A program made the translations under genes and the position numbers. A stretch of 64,000 bases of DNA, from NCBI GenBank assembly GCA_965178125.1, contig OZ237773.1, positions 434,001-498,000 on the forward strand. Direction: 5' to 3'. Shown piece by piece: positions 23,186-35,339 of this stretch; within the stretch, counting starts at the first letter, position 1, and the number at the start of each line of letters is the position of its first letter. The notes beneath the pieces are model-generated. The model saw only the letters and a list, made by a program, of their open reading frames with translations. It searched no databases and was not told where the DNA came from. The DNA comes from Bilabrum cf. latius (Eukaryota).

Positions 23186-26100
23186 ATGGCAACTGTTGAG
23201 GACCTTATTCGGCAAAACGATAGCCTGCGGTAGGGTAAGACGTAGCCATCCCAAGATGGCAAAGAGGATCTTTAGATTGCGGCACACTAGTTGAAACGTT
23301 TTCGTTTGTTTTACATGGCAAGCATCGCAGCTTGCGAGCGCTTGATCGCTGCCACACAAGCCGAAGGAGTACCAGCCTAGGAGGCTGCAGAAAGCGGGGT
23401 CTAGCCGCCCACCGTGGATCCCACCGTCGTTGAGCTGCAGAGAGTGGTCCAATGCGTGGCCGAGTGCCGACGCTTGGCTGCAACGGACAAGAATTTCAAT
23501 GATTTTTACGAATTTCTACGAGGCAGGATTGAGCAGTATGACCAGAGGAGTTCGAAACCGGTGAAATCGAGCGGGGCCGTCCGGGCCGCGGCGCTCGTGC
23601 GGTGGCGTCGGACCGGCCTGGTATTAGCAAAGGCCCCCCTGCACGTGCAAAGGCCATTGCCAGACATATACGACCCCGAACACGGCTACACGCTGCTGCA
23701 CCATTGCGTCAGCATGCCGAACAACAAAGGTCCCCCCGAATCCGTCGAGGCGCTCCTCATGCGCGGGCCTGGGCTGGGCCCACCTGTCCCTGTCAACGCG
23801 CTGGATGTGGTGAGCTACCGTGTGACGAGTGGAGGACCTGTTAGCAGGGTGCTCTCGTGACGAGTGTGATACCGGCATCCATCTGGTCCTCCATGCCCTC
23901 CCACACCACTGCACCCCCAACCCCCCTCCCACACCACTGCACCCCAACCGCTCTCCCCCCATGCACTGTTGCAACACCTCCAACCATACATCCCCCCCAC
24001 TCGATAGCGTCACGTCCTCGCAGATGGGCCGGACCCCTCTGCTGCTGGCCGCCGAGAAATCCTGCGAGGCATGCATCCTGAGGGTGCTGCTGCGGCATGG
24101 GGCGGACCCCTCGGCCGCGGACCCCGCGGGTGTGACCGTGCTGACACTGCTGCGCGAGAAGGCCAGGCAGTTCCAGGGCAAGGAAGACCCTGACAGGCTG
24201 GGGAACATGGACGACCCGGAGTCGAAAGGGGGGCCAGAGGACGAGAGGATCGCCCAGATCCGCCGGGACATGGAAGAGAAGAACGCGAGGAGGAGAGCGG
24301 AGGTGCAGGACTGCTTCAGGATGGTGTTCAACGCGGCAGAGCGGAAGCGGGCGGGGCTCAAGCCGTGGTACGTGGAGGAGGAAGGCGACGACTAGTACGC
24401 CAGGAATCTGATGGCCGTGCTGGAGTCAGACGAAGGGGAGGTTGCAGCACTGACGGGAGCAGGGGGGGGGGCCGGCGGTGCTGGTCGGGTCCATGTGACG
24501 AGTGCGCTCCCTGCGTCGCTCCGATTGGCTGCGGAAACCCTCGCCGCTCTGGGGCCGTTGTGCGCTGCGGGTCACGAGGCCGATTCTTACATGCATCGCA
24601 TGGCGGTGCTGGCCCGTTTGCTGGATCGGATGGCAGCGGAGGCGGGCCGCATGGGCACTCCGGGGAGGCCCCGGGCCGGGGAGGCGGCAGGGGCGGCGCC
24701 CCCTTCCAGCGCTGACGAGTGCTTCCAGCTGGCCCTTGGTCCGCTGGCAGAGAGCGGCTCCCTGGCATACGACTACTTCGGGGATGCCACGAGGAGCAGG
24801 CCGGAGTTCAGGGCCGCGGTGCAGGAGGCGCTGCGGGCGGCGAGGGGGGCCTGCGGGGGGGAGGAGGGTGCATTGCACGGCGGTGTATGGGGTGCCTTTG
24901 CACTGCGGGCGAGAGGGGCCTGGGTGGGCGGGCTCAGCGTGCTTTCGAGCTGCGTTGGGGAACACGTGGAGCAGGCGGACGGGAGGACCATGCAGACGTG
25001 CGTGGTGGCGCTGGTGGACAGGAGGGGTGTGATGAGTGTGGGCGCGGACACGGTGGGGCGGGTGATGCCCCGGCTGCGATCCGTGCGCGTGCCCATGTTC
25101 ACCTCTGGAGATGAGATCGGCCACCGGACCAGGTCGCTCAAGACTTGCCTCGCTCAGCTGGTGGACCCCATGGGGCACGTGGCTGTGGCGGCGTCTCTGG
25201 GCGTGATGGAGGGGAAGATGGGCAAGGCCGTGGTGAAGCACTGCAATGGCATGATTCGGGGGGCGGCTTCTCGCGGCCAGTGCGCAGCGGCCTGCCTCAA
25301 GGGTGCGAGTGTGGATGACCTGAGGGGCAGCGTGGGGGCCCTGGTGGGGGTGCTGCACGAGGGGATGGGCAAGCTCAGGGGGTCCGAGGGGGCGTCTACG
25401 AGCATCGGCAGGGAGCTGCTAGCGGAGTGCACTGCACTGCAGCGCGAGCTGGAGTCGCTCGATAAGTGCCTCGAGTGCCCCGCGTGCGGCGGGACTGGGA
25501 CATGCGAGTTCGCCGTGCTGGGCACGCTGGCCCGGGTGCAGCGGTCCGCTCGTCACCTCAACAAGGGGTTGAACGAGGCGGATCCGGAGCTCAAACTATC
25601 GGAGGGGTGCAACGAGTGGCAGACTGCTCTAGAGCTGGAAGGCGCCCAGCAAGAGGGGGGTGGAGAAGGGGGAGGAGCAGGGAGGGAAGACAAGGTGCTG
25701 CATGCCGCGCTGGCGCAGGTGGCCAAGAAGAGGAAAGCCCTCATTCCCCTAGGAAGTGTGATGAGTGAGGGGGAGCTGACGGAGGCCATGCGACAGATGC
25801 TGCCATACACAGCGTCACCCGGCGACGATGCACTGCGGGTGGGAATGCTGACCGAGATGTCTGTGCTGTGCGGTCACGGGGTGCAGCTGCCGTCCGGCTA
25901 CCATGCGCCGGGACTGAGGGGACTGGCGGCACAGGCCGTGCTGGCGAAGCTAAAGGCAGACGCGACTGACTGGACCAAGCGTGTGGTAGCTTGTGTGAGG
26001 GAGAATCGAACCGAGGAGGAGAAAGAGCGCAGCCGGATGGACACGATGGCGTGGGAGATGGAGGCAGCGGGGGATGGAGGATTCGAAGAGGCTCAAAGCG

Positions 26101-27368
26101 AAACAACAGCAGCAGGTGCAGGTGCAGGTGCAGGTGCAGCAGCAGCAGCAGCAAGAGCAGGGGCAGGCGCAGGCGCAGAGGCAGCAGCCAACACAGCAGC
26201 AGCAGCAGGGGCATCAGGGGTTCACCCGGCCCCTAAGAGCCCCGTGCCCGCGCCGGCCCCCGCCCCATCCTCGGCCCGCATCGGCATGAGTCTGTTCTCT
26301 CCCACGGCGGACCGCTGGGGCAACCAGCTGGCCCCCCGGGCCACGGAGGGCACCCCCGGCAAGGCATTGCAGTGGATGCGCCGGCGGAGGCACGAGGCAT
26401 CCGCCAGGGCCGTGGCCAGGGACAGGGACCAGGGAACAGTGGCCAGAGGAGGATAGAGAGTCGGGATGGGGGAGGCATCGCCGGGTGTGGCACCGTGGGC
26501 TGCTGCAGCGAATGGTGTATCGCACGGCAGTGCAGTAACGCCTGTGGGGCATGCAGAGGCAGCTGATCCTGGGGGTATGGCGAGTATAGGTGTGACGAGT
26601 GAAGGCACCGCCGCGCCCGACTCTGGTGGTCGGGAGTCAAGCCCGGGATCGGCCAACGACCCGTCGCCGCAGTCGGGCCAGCAGCATCAGCAGCAGCAGC
26701 AGCAGCATCAGCAAGGGCGAGAGCAGGAGCTGCCCTCCGGAGAGTAGGAGGTGCATGCCAGGCGGGTGCTCTCCTTCGGGCCCCCTGTGACGAGTGGGGG
26801 TGACAGCAGCGGCGGTCCTCCTCTCATGGGCAGCGGTTCCGCAACAGGGCTATCTCGAGGGCGCCGCGCAGCAAGGCCCCGGTACAGTGCAGCGCCAGTT
26901 CCCGCGACGGGAAGTCAGGCGGCAGTGGCCTCCGCATTGGGGCAGCAACATGCAGACGGAGGAAACGACAAAGAGGAAGAGGAGCAAGCGGCAGTGGCCT
27001 CGGCATTGGGGCAGCAACAGGCAGACGGAGGAAACGACAAAGAGGAAGAGGAGCAAGCGGTAGTGCCAGGACCAGTGCCGGTTGGAACACCAGACGAGGC
27101 GGACGAAGCGGAGCAGGCAGCTTCATCTTCGTTTTTTGCGCAGGAGCTGGGCTTGGATGGAGAGCCAGGGCCTGGGGCAGGGGCTGCTGCGGCAGGGGCA
27201 GTGGCATCGGATGGGACAGGGGAAGGGGAAGGGGATGCCGACTCTGGGGCCGCCGCAGCATCCGGGGCAGGGGAGGGTGGCAGTGGGCAGGCATCTGCAG
27301 CTGGGGCGGCGGATCCTGCTGCAGGGGAGGGAGAGGGAGACGGGTGGGACGATGATTTTGATCTGTGA
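23186..27368 (+). CDS. Large ankyrin-repeat-containing protein with low-complexity C-terminus
   Basis: Introns 23235-23330 and 23810-24023. Ankyrin-like GYTLLHHC, NALDV/MGRTPLLLAA..LLRHGADP. Track ORFs at 23829, 24411, 26466 and 26751 are one frame separated only by TAG (6 in total). TGA 27366-27368. Confidence 0.75.
26918..27060 (+). repeat. 69-bp coding tandem duplication (AAVASALGQQxADGGNDKEEEEQ x2)
   Basis: Two near-identical units visible in both DNA and protein. Confidence 0.85.
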
Positions 27369-27572
27369 GCGCAAGCATGTGCCAGAGTCCAGTTGCCTTC
27401 GTTGATCCATTCCGCTCGATATACAAAATGGCCTGTGCCCATGCACACCACTTGTGGCGAGCCAGTGGCCCGGCACTGTGGCCGCCGGGCTGGGGGGGAT
27501 GTGACGACTCGGAGGGCCGTGCGAACCGGCCCATCGATCGACCGAAATCCAGGCCACAGGCCGCGCGGTCGG

Positions 27573-29879
27573 ATGGAGGCTATTTCTAACGTCGGTCTAT
27601 GCGACGATCTGATTTTAGCAAGGGCGCTAGCGACAGTACGTCTCACGTGAGTCTTTGCCGGAGCAGAATTATGGAGCTTCAGCGTTCGACCGGATCCATC
27701 ACCTCTAGGCTGTTTCGTCCCTACGCCCTAACGCAGGCTGGCTTCCATGAAGAGAAGCGGCAGAACCATTGGTGATGTGTGGGAGTCGACCGTGGACCAG
27801 CAGGAGGCCAAGATAGCCGTGGTCTTCCACCGCAGCCAGTACTCCTTCCGTGCGCTCGACGCAGGGGCCAACCGCATCGCGACTTGGGCTGTCCGTGAAA
27901 TGAGGCTGCAGCGAGGAGATACTGCGTGCTTGATGATGTCAAATAGGCCCGAATTTCTCATGACGTGGCTGGGCCTGTGCAAGATCGGGGTGGGTGTGGC
28001 TTTCATCAACACCAATCAGACCGGCAAGGTTCTCCGGCACAGCCTTAAGCTCGCCACTGGGCGGGTCATCATCCACGACGAGGCCATGCGTCCGGCACTT
28101 GACGACATTGACGATTCCATCCGCGCGATGGGCATGCAGAGGGCCCTGTTGGGCGGCCCACTCCAGCTGTATCGCACCGAAGCAGCCGAGGTCACGTCAG
28201 ACGTGGCCTACCTCGCCAAGCCGCAGGACGCTCCCACCACCGGCATCGTGGGATCGGGCCGCAACGCGTTCTTCGTGGCGCCGGCGAGGCCTCACCCCAG
28301 GGACAGGGCCAGGGCTGCGGGAGAGGGCGGGGACAGTTCCGGCTCCGGATCCGCCTTCTCCCCGGCCGTGGACCCCAGCCCCTACCGGCGCCCGGTGGAG
28401 ATCGACGTGCTGCGGGGCATCGCGGCGTGTCCCGACGCGCGCCCGTCCAGGGTATTGCGTGAGGGGCTGCAGCTGGAGGACAGGTTCGCGCTGGTGTACA
28501 CCTCTGGTACGACGGGCCTGCCCAAGGCGGCTGTCATCACGCACGGGCGGATGTTCAACGCCGGGTGTCTGTTCTCCACAGTGTACGGGGTCCGCAGCAC
28601 GGACAGGATCTACACCGTGCTGCCTCTGTACCACTCCGCGGGCGGCCTGGTGGGCTCTGGCATGATGCTGTACATGGGAGCCACCATGGTCATGCGGGAG
28701 AAGTTCTCCGCCACGAGCTTCTGGTCCGACTGCTGCGAGCACAGGTGCACTGTCGTGCAGTACATCGGCGAGCTGTGCAGGTACCTGCTGCTGGCCAAGC
28801 CGCACCCGCTGGAGAGAAGGCACAGCGTGAGGCTGGCTGTGGGGAACGGTCTTCGGCCGGACGTGTGGGGGCCGTTCCAGGACAGGTTCGGCATACCGGA
28901 GGTGGGGGAGTTCTATGCATCCACGGAGGGGAACGCGGCTCTCTTCAACTGGTGCAGGGACAGGAGGGCGCGGGGGGCCGTGGGCCGGATGGGGGCGGTC
29001 TCGAGGTCGCTGGGCATCATGCCCCTGGTCAAGTTCGACGAGGAGACCGAGGAACCGGTCAGGGGGCCCGACGGCAGGTGCGTGAGGTGCGGGCCGGGGG
29101 AGCCTGGGGAGCTGCTGGGGCTGATTGCCGCCGGTGACCCCACTCGGGAGTTTAAGGGGTACCTGGGGAACAAAGAGGGGACGGCCAAGAAGATCCTGAG
29201 GGGGGTGTTCAGGCCAGGGGACTCGTACTTTCGGACGGGGGACCTGCTGAAGAGGGATGAGGCTGGGTATTTTTACTTTCTGGACAGGATCGGGGACACG
29301 TTCCGGTGGAAGGGGGAGAACGTGGCGACGACAGAGGTGGCGGAGGCGTTCGCGGGCGTCCAGGGGCTCGCGGAGGCGATCGTGTACGGGGTGCTGGTGC
29401 CGGGGCACGACGGCAGGGCGGGCATGGCCTCTCTGGTGCTGGACGCGCCTGCACCCAGGGAGGGGGGCAAGGGGGCCGGGGGCAAGCCGCGGGCATGGAC
29501 GCACGCAGAGGTGGAGCGCGTGCTTGACATGAAGGCCCTCTCCGATGTGCTCAGGAAGAGGCTGCCGGCCTATGCCGTGCCTGCCTTCCTGAGGGTGCTG
29601 CCTGCCGCACCCACCACGGGGACGTTCAAGCACCAGAAAGTGGCCCTCCGAAAACAGGGGTATGACGAGTGCGGGGGTGACCCCGTGTACCGGATGCGGG
29701 GGGCAGTGGAGAGGCTCCAGCCGGGGGAGACTCCGGGGTTCGAGAGAATGATCCCAAGTGGGGGGCAGGGGCCAGCCAAGGGAGGGGCAGGGACCGGCAA
29801 GGCAACTGCCACAGCTGCGTCTGGGACAGGGAGTGGGATGGTGGCAAAGACGGGCGCCTTCTCTGTGGCCAAATTGTGA
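27573..29879 (+). CDS. Very-long-chain acyl-CoA synthetase / fatty acid transport protein (FATP, SLC27 family)
   Basis: AMP-binding motif YTSGTTGLPKAA, EFYASTEGN, and the FATP signature GDSYFRTGDLL..YFYFLDRIGDTFRWKGENVATTEV. First exon 27573-27646, intron 27647-27736 with a CTAAC branch point. Confidence 0.93.
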
Positions 29880-29965
29880 TGAACTGCAGTGTTGCGCACG
29901 GCTAAAACCCCCACACGTCGATCCATTCCCGTCCTTCTACTCCGTCTGTTGCATTCAAATCAACA

Positions 29966-31120
29966 TCAAGTCTCCATCGGAGCGGCCCCCTTGGAGCCCC
30001 CACTGGCGGCCACTCCGCTCTCACCAGCACCACTCGAGGCCGCCGGTGCACTCGATGCTCCTGCTTTGGCTGTTTCACCTCTACCTCTACCCGTGGCACC
30101 CCCACCTCCGTCGTCGTCACACCTGGAGCCGCACACTGGGCACCTGCTCGTCTTGGCCTCAAACACGGCCAGACACACCGTGCACACGAAGCCCATGTCC
30201 AGCCGGCGGCCAGTGTCGAAGCTGGCAGGCCTCTGGTCCAGCACAGAGGCACGGGGCAGTGCCAGGGCGGGGCGCATGGCGGCGGGGGAGAGGAACAGGG
30301 TCAGCATCGTCTGGAGGAGGGCTGTGGGGGCGGTCTCTGGCGGAGTGGTTGAGGATGATGATGATGACGATGACGATGGAGGGGAGGAGGAGGAGGAGGA
30401 GGCAGCCCCGGCGGCTCCCAGGATCGATACCGGGTCCACGGCGTGGTGAAGGCCCCTCGTCACACCCGCGACCTAGGCGTTGAATGGAGACGCTTCTTCG
30501 GCTCCGGATCCGACGGGGGAACTGCCCCTCGCAGCTGCTCCGGGGGATATCCCGCCCGTGCCGGCTGTAGCTGCCTTGCTCGGTCTTGTGGGAGGGCCCA
30601 GGGAAAGGCTGTCCACCATGATCCCCATCCTCTCTGCGCAAAAAGCTGCGTTCATGAGTGCCACGAACTCGCTGGCGGGACATCCGCCAAAGTGCACCTC
30701 AAGCACTCTCGCGGCGAGCGAAGACGATGAGCCGCTCGATTCGCGGCACCGACGAGCGAACCCCACCGCGCGAATCAGCGCCGCTGAAAGTCCAGGGCGA
30801 TCATAATCCATGCTTAAATCTGCTTCGGATCCCTCGGCTGACCCCAGCGCAAGCCTCGCAGCATCCTTCACAACAGCCGCCAACTTCCCAGACGGCTGCG
30901 CGAACACCATCCTCTCGTCTACACCAGGGCCTGGGAGCAGTTGCTCCACGGAGTCTCCATCGTATGCAATCAATGAGACACCATTGTACCGATTGATTGT
31001 TTTAAATGCGCAGGCGAACGATGACAGAACAGCTGCAAGGTCGACCCGTTCGGCGAACCAAGCTAGGCTGGAGCTTGGCCTGACATCGAGCAGCAGAACC
31101 AGCAACTCTGGAGCAGACAT
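29966..31120 (-). CDS. TFB4: TFIIH subunit Tfb4/p34 (vWA-like domain + C4 zinc finger)
   Basis: LSAALIRAV, FVALMNAAFCAERMGIMVD, NA*VAGVTRGLH (compare family LQQACDITGG), C-terminal GFVCTVCLAVF..CPVC. One TAG at 30475-30473; ends TGA. Confidence 0.85.
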
Positions 31121-31237
31121 GGGGCCAAATTATGCTGGCATTCCAAGTCACGTAGGCTAGATGTGAGTACAATCCGCCACGCACCTTGAAGTCTTGTCCC
31201 GGTTTGCCGCTCTCATAGCAGTTGATCGACCGCGGAG

Positions 31238-33522
31238 ATGACAGTACACTCTGTTTTGTCCCGCAGCATGGACCAGTACCCAGTAAGGCCAGAAGGGATA
31301 GTTCCAGACGTAGGTGGTCTGTGCTTCTGCTCCCGATTGGACTCCACGGGACGACTTTGTCTCACTGGAAACCGCGACGGCTTCGTTCGGCTCTACCGGA
31401 GGGTCGGCATCGAAGACTCCGAGTTTAGACTCATCGCCAAAGTTGTATTGTCTGACTGCAACGATGATTCCGAGCCAGAGCCGGGAGCAGAGGTGGTTCG
31501 TGTTTGCTTCTTGACAGGCGATCAACTCAGGATTGCCGCAGTGAACACAGAGGGGTTGCTGACGGTTTACTAGCTCCAGACGCGCGACGGGACGCACACA
31601 TTCGAGGCTCTATCAACTGTTCACTTGGAGGATCAGTGCTACGTGCTTCGCACGCTCATGTACCGGAGCTCCTCCGGAGAGTAGCGGCCGGGGCTGCTGG
31701 TCGCAGACGCCTGTGACATGCACGTGCTCGACCAAGAGGAGCTGGCCCGCGGCAGAACCTCGCTGACCCGGATCAGGGTCCCCTGGGGCGGCGAACGGAT
31801 GGGATTACTGGTGGTGGCCGGCTGTGACCGCGTCTTGCCGGGGCGACTGGACGGTGCGTGGCCCGGGGGACCCAACTTGAAGGCGCGGCCGATGGAATCG
31901 GGGGAGCATGCAAGCGGACGAGGTGCTCTGGTTGGGGAAGCGTCTGTTCCCATGCAGGGGCGGGGTGGCGGCAGTGGGCCGGCAGGGCAGGCAAGCATGG
32001 TGCACGACAGCGGTGAGGATGACGACGGGGTGTAGGAGGTGGAGATGGAAGAGGAGGAGGAGGATGAGGAGGAGGATGAGGAGGTGGTGGAGGTGGAGGA
32101 GCAAGAGCAGGACAGGCGGTACCTTGCGGGATAGGATGATGGCGACGAGCAAGACAGCGAGGAGGTTACCGAGGTGTACGATGCAGAGGAAGAGGAAGAG
32201 GAAGAGGAAGAGGAAGAGGAAGAGGGGGCACGATACAGGGCACCCAGCCATCCAGGCAGGGGTGGTGCATCGGGGGTGCTAGAGGAAGGGGAAATACCAC
32301 GGTCGGAAGATGAGGAGGAAGAAGGGGATGAAGAGGAGGATGAAGAGGATGAAGAGGAAGAGGAAGACGAGGATGAAGATGAGTCTCCCGCGATGAATGA
32401 CCCACCCTCAGTGTTCTGCGCGGACGTGCACCCAACGGATAGTTCCCTGGTGCTGGCAGGCTACGAGAAAGGCTATCTCGCACTCATGCGGGTGCTGCCT
32501 GCAGGGGACCTCGAGGGGAGTGCAGGGGACCTCGAGGGGAGTGCAGGGGACCTCGAGGGGAGTGCAGGGGACCTCGAGGGGAGTGTAGGGGACCTCGAGG
32601 GGGGTGTAGGGGACCTCGAGGGGGGTGTAGGGGACCTCGAGGGGAGTGCAGGGGACCTCGAGGGGAGTGTAGGGGACCTCGAGGGGAGTGTAGGGGCGGT
32701 AGGGGGCAGTGGGAGTGCAGTGCACCCTGCGCATGCTGCTTTAATTGACGCTGCGGCGAAGATGGAGGGCACAGGTGGGACCAGGGCAGGGGGGAAAGTC
32801 GAGCACGAAGGTGAAGATAGAGATGAGTAGGGTCAGGTGGAGTCTGCAAGGGGGGAGTCTAGCGATGCGCCCGCGCTGCCCGTCAGTAGCACCCGGGTGC
32901 TGCAGTGCACTGCACGCAGCAACGGGTTCCGGGCCGACTGCCCGGATGCAGGCAAGCTGGCGTGGCGGCATGGCGGCAGGGCAGCTCTCCTGCCCTGCAG
33001 TAGGGGACAGGGGGTGGCCTGGCAGGCGCATGAGCGCGCGGTTACTGCGGTAACGTTCCTGCCCCCCACCGGGGGGTCAGGGGTGAACCCCTAGGGATTG
33101 CTGGCTGTGTCCGCGGATCTGTTTGGGATGATCAAGCTATGGGACGTAAGTCGGCCCACAGTTCCGCTGTTCCGGTTGCAACTGTTCTCCGGCATTATCG
33201 ACAGCCTTTTTTTCCTAGACTCTTCCCCTGGGGTGCTTTGGGCACAGTCTAGGCGGGGGGAGATAGCCGGGATTGACCTGGTCAAAGCGAGAGAAGGTGC
33301 CACGGACCTTGGTGTGCCTCGGTTCACGGGGTAGCAGGCGTTGGACCAGGCCAGGCACAGGAGTAACCTGGAGGTGCCTGCCCCCTTGCAGCCGCAGGCG
33401 CTGCCACCTGCCAGGTATGTGGTTCCCTTGCTGGAGGAAGGGGTGCTGGTGCGGGCGTGGGAGCTGTCAGGGGGCACGATTACGGATACTAGCGTGCAAC
33501 GGGTGGGAATCAACTAGAATAG

Positions 33523-33568
<46 letters not shown>

Positions 33569-34399
33569 GGTCAAAGCGGCCGATAGGTCGTTGTGCTGAG
33601 CTGCGCCCCTGCATCCTCGCCCGCCTTTTCCACCCCGGGGGCTCCCCAGTTCCTGGACGAGGAGGGGTACTACCTGGGGAAGGCCCCTCTGGTGAGCAGG
33701 CCGGGGAGGGGCAGGAACGTGGCGGCGAGCTCCATGCTCTTCGGGGCCGAGCAGCTGCTCGAGTCCGTTGGTCGCAAATCGACAGGACCCGACCGGAGGG
33801 CACTGCTGCCGTGCCTGGTGCAGGGCACTGCAGTGTCTCTGGCAGCGCAAGAGGGGCGGGCGCTCACAATGCGGCGAGCGAGCGACGTCGGCACCCGTGT
33901 TAGTCTGCTGGTGGCGAGTGTGTTCGGGGTCGACGGGCCGGGGATGCCTGGGCTGCGTGCCTCGTGTGCTGCTTGGCTCGCGGGGCACATGGACAGCGAG
34001 AGCGGAGGCTAGGCTGGATGTGACGGCGGGGAGGTTGTGGGAGCTGCGGGCATTCAAAGTGTGTCCGAGCCAGGGACTGGACTCGGTGTGACGAGCGTTG
34101 ATCACGGAGCCGGCGGCAGTGGCCCATGGCGTGAATGGCTCCTGAGGAACAAGACGGCGGCTTGGCTCGGGGTTATGGGTGTGATGAGTGCGGTCAACCA
34201 GGGGTTGTCGTGGCAAGTGGTCAATCACGTGGGGCAGGGGGGCAGCCTGCCTGGGCTGCCACTCGACTGGGAGGCGCTGTGGGATGCGGGGGCTGGCGCC
34301 TCGGCACCTGGAAATGGGGCCGCGGGTGATCGGTCCGAAGGACAAGGGGGGGCAATCGAAAGTGCTGGTGCAAGCAAGAGGAGGAGGGTGTCTTCCTGA
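31238..34399 (+). CDS. WD40-like repeat protein with acidic insertions, ~1050 aa
   Basis: Seven track ORFs share one frame and are joined across 10 TAG codons with no TAA or TGA until 34397. WD-like segments VFCADVHP..LVLAGYEKG and AHERAVTAVTF..SADLFGMIKLWDV. Start is uncertain. Confidence 0.7.
32501..32695 (+). repeat. 21-bp coding minisatellite, ~9 units, encoding (A/V)GDLEG(S/G)
   Basis: Repeated GYAGGGGACCTCGAGGGGRGT units. Confidence 0.93.
33524..33565 (+). repeat. (AGC)14 microsatellite encoding poly-Ser
   Basis: Read directly; in frame with the WD40-like gene. Confidence 0.9.
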
Positions 34400-34547
34400 G
34401 TGATGGGGGGCCGTTGATCTCGGGTCAATCAAGTCGGTGACTGGCCAGTGGCGGCTCGTGTACGTTCTGTTCTAGCTTGATCGATTGGCCATGAACGGGT
34501 GGATCAAGTATGTTCTGTTGCAAGTGCAAGTCTGCAAACAACGCGGG

Positions 34548-35187
34548 TCACGAGCCCCCCCCTTGTCCCTCGGGCTTGTCTGCTTCCTTCAGCGCAGCCA
34601 CGTTGAACTCACCGAGAGCAATACCGAACAAATGGATCGAGTTCAGGGCAGTGACACCCTCGTCGCCGTCGCTTTCCAAGTAAATGAACAACTTGCGAAC
34701 CCTCTTGAAGCTATCTACGAAACCATCGAGCTTGATTCGCTTCCCAAACGAGGTCTCCTCCAGTTCGAAGCTCTGAGACGGTTTCATGTCCTCCACGTCG
34801 TCAAAATCCAAGCTTGGCAGGTCGCAATACAAGCTAAGCTTGTTCGGACGCATGTCTTCTTCGTCGCAGGTAATCATGATCTCCTTCAGCTGAATTGGTA
34901 CTTTCGTGTGGATCTCTAGAATGAGCTGCTCGTCGACGTCAGACTGGACAAATTTCTCGGGAGAATCGCTGAACAAGTGCGCTACCGGGTGATCAGGAGA
35001 TACTGCGCAATACATGTACGCTACTAGCTTGGGAGATGAATTTGCACACATTCTAATCCACGCAGATGCTCAGAATCGATCGCTTGAAGGTCTAACCATT
35101 GATACCGGAGCTAGCTTTCTTATCGATGAGCCCACTCAAATCCTACAATGCACTTCGGCTCTCGTCGGGTGCTTGCGCGGCTGCCAT
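34548..35187 (-). CDS. PITH-domain protein
   Basis: Exon 1 MAAAQAPDESRSAL*DLSGLIDKKASSGIN, one intron, then VQSDVDEQLILEIHT, RPNKLSLY, LDFDDVEDMKPSQ, FKRVRKLFIY. TAG at 35145-35143. Confidence 0.82.
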
Positions 35188-35339
35188 GTTTACTTTGATT
35201 GCAGTATCTATGCGGATTTCACTTGAATTTTCCAGGTCGGATTGCAACTCCCTCTCGGCGCCGCGCCTCGACTATTGCGGAACTAGATGCACACGTTGTC
35301 GAGCGGGCGGAGGGCGACCACTCACGGCAATAGCGAGCT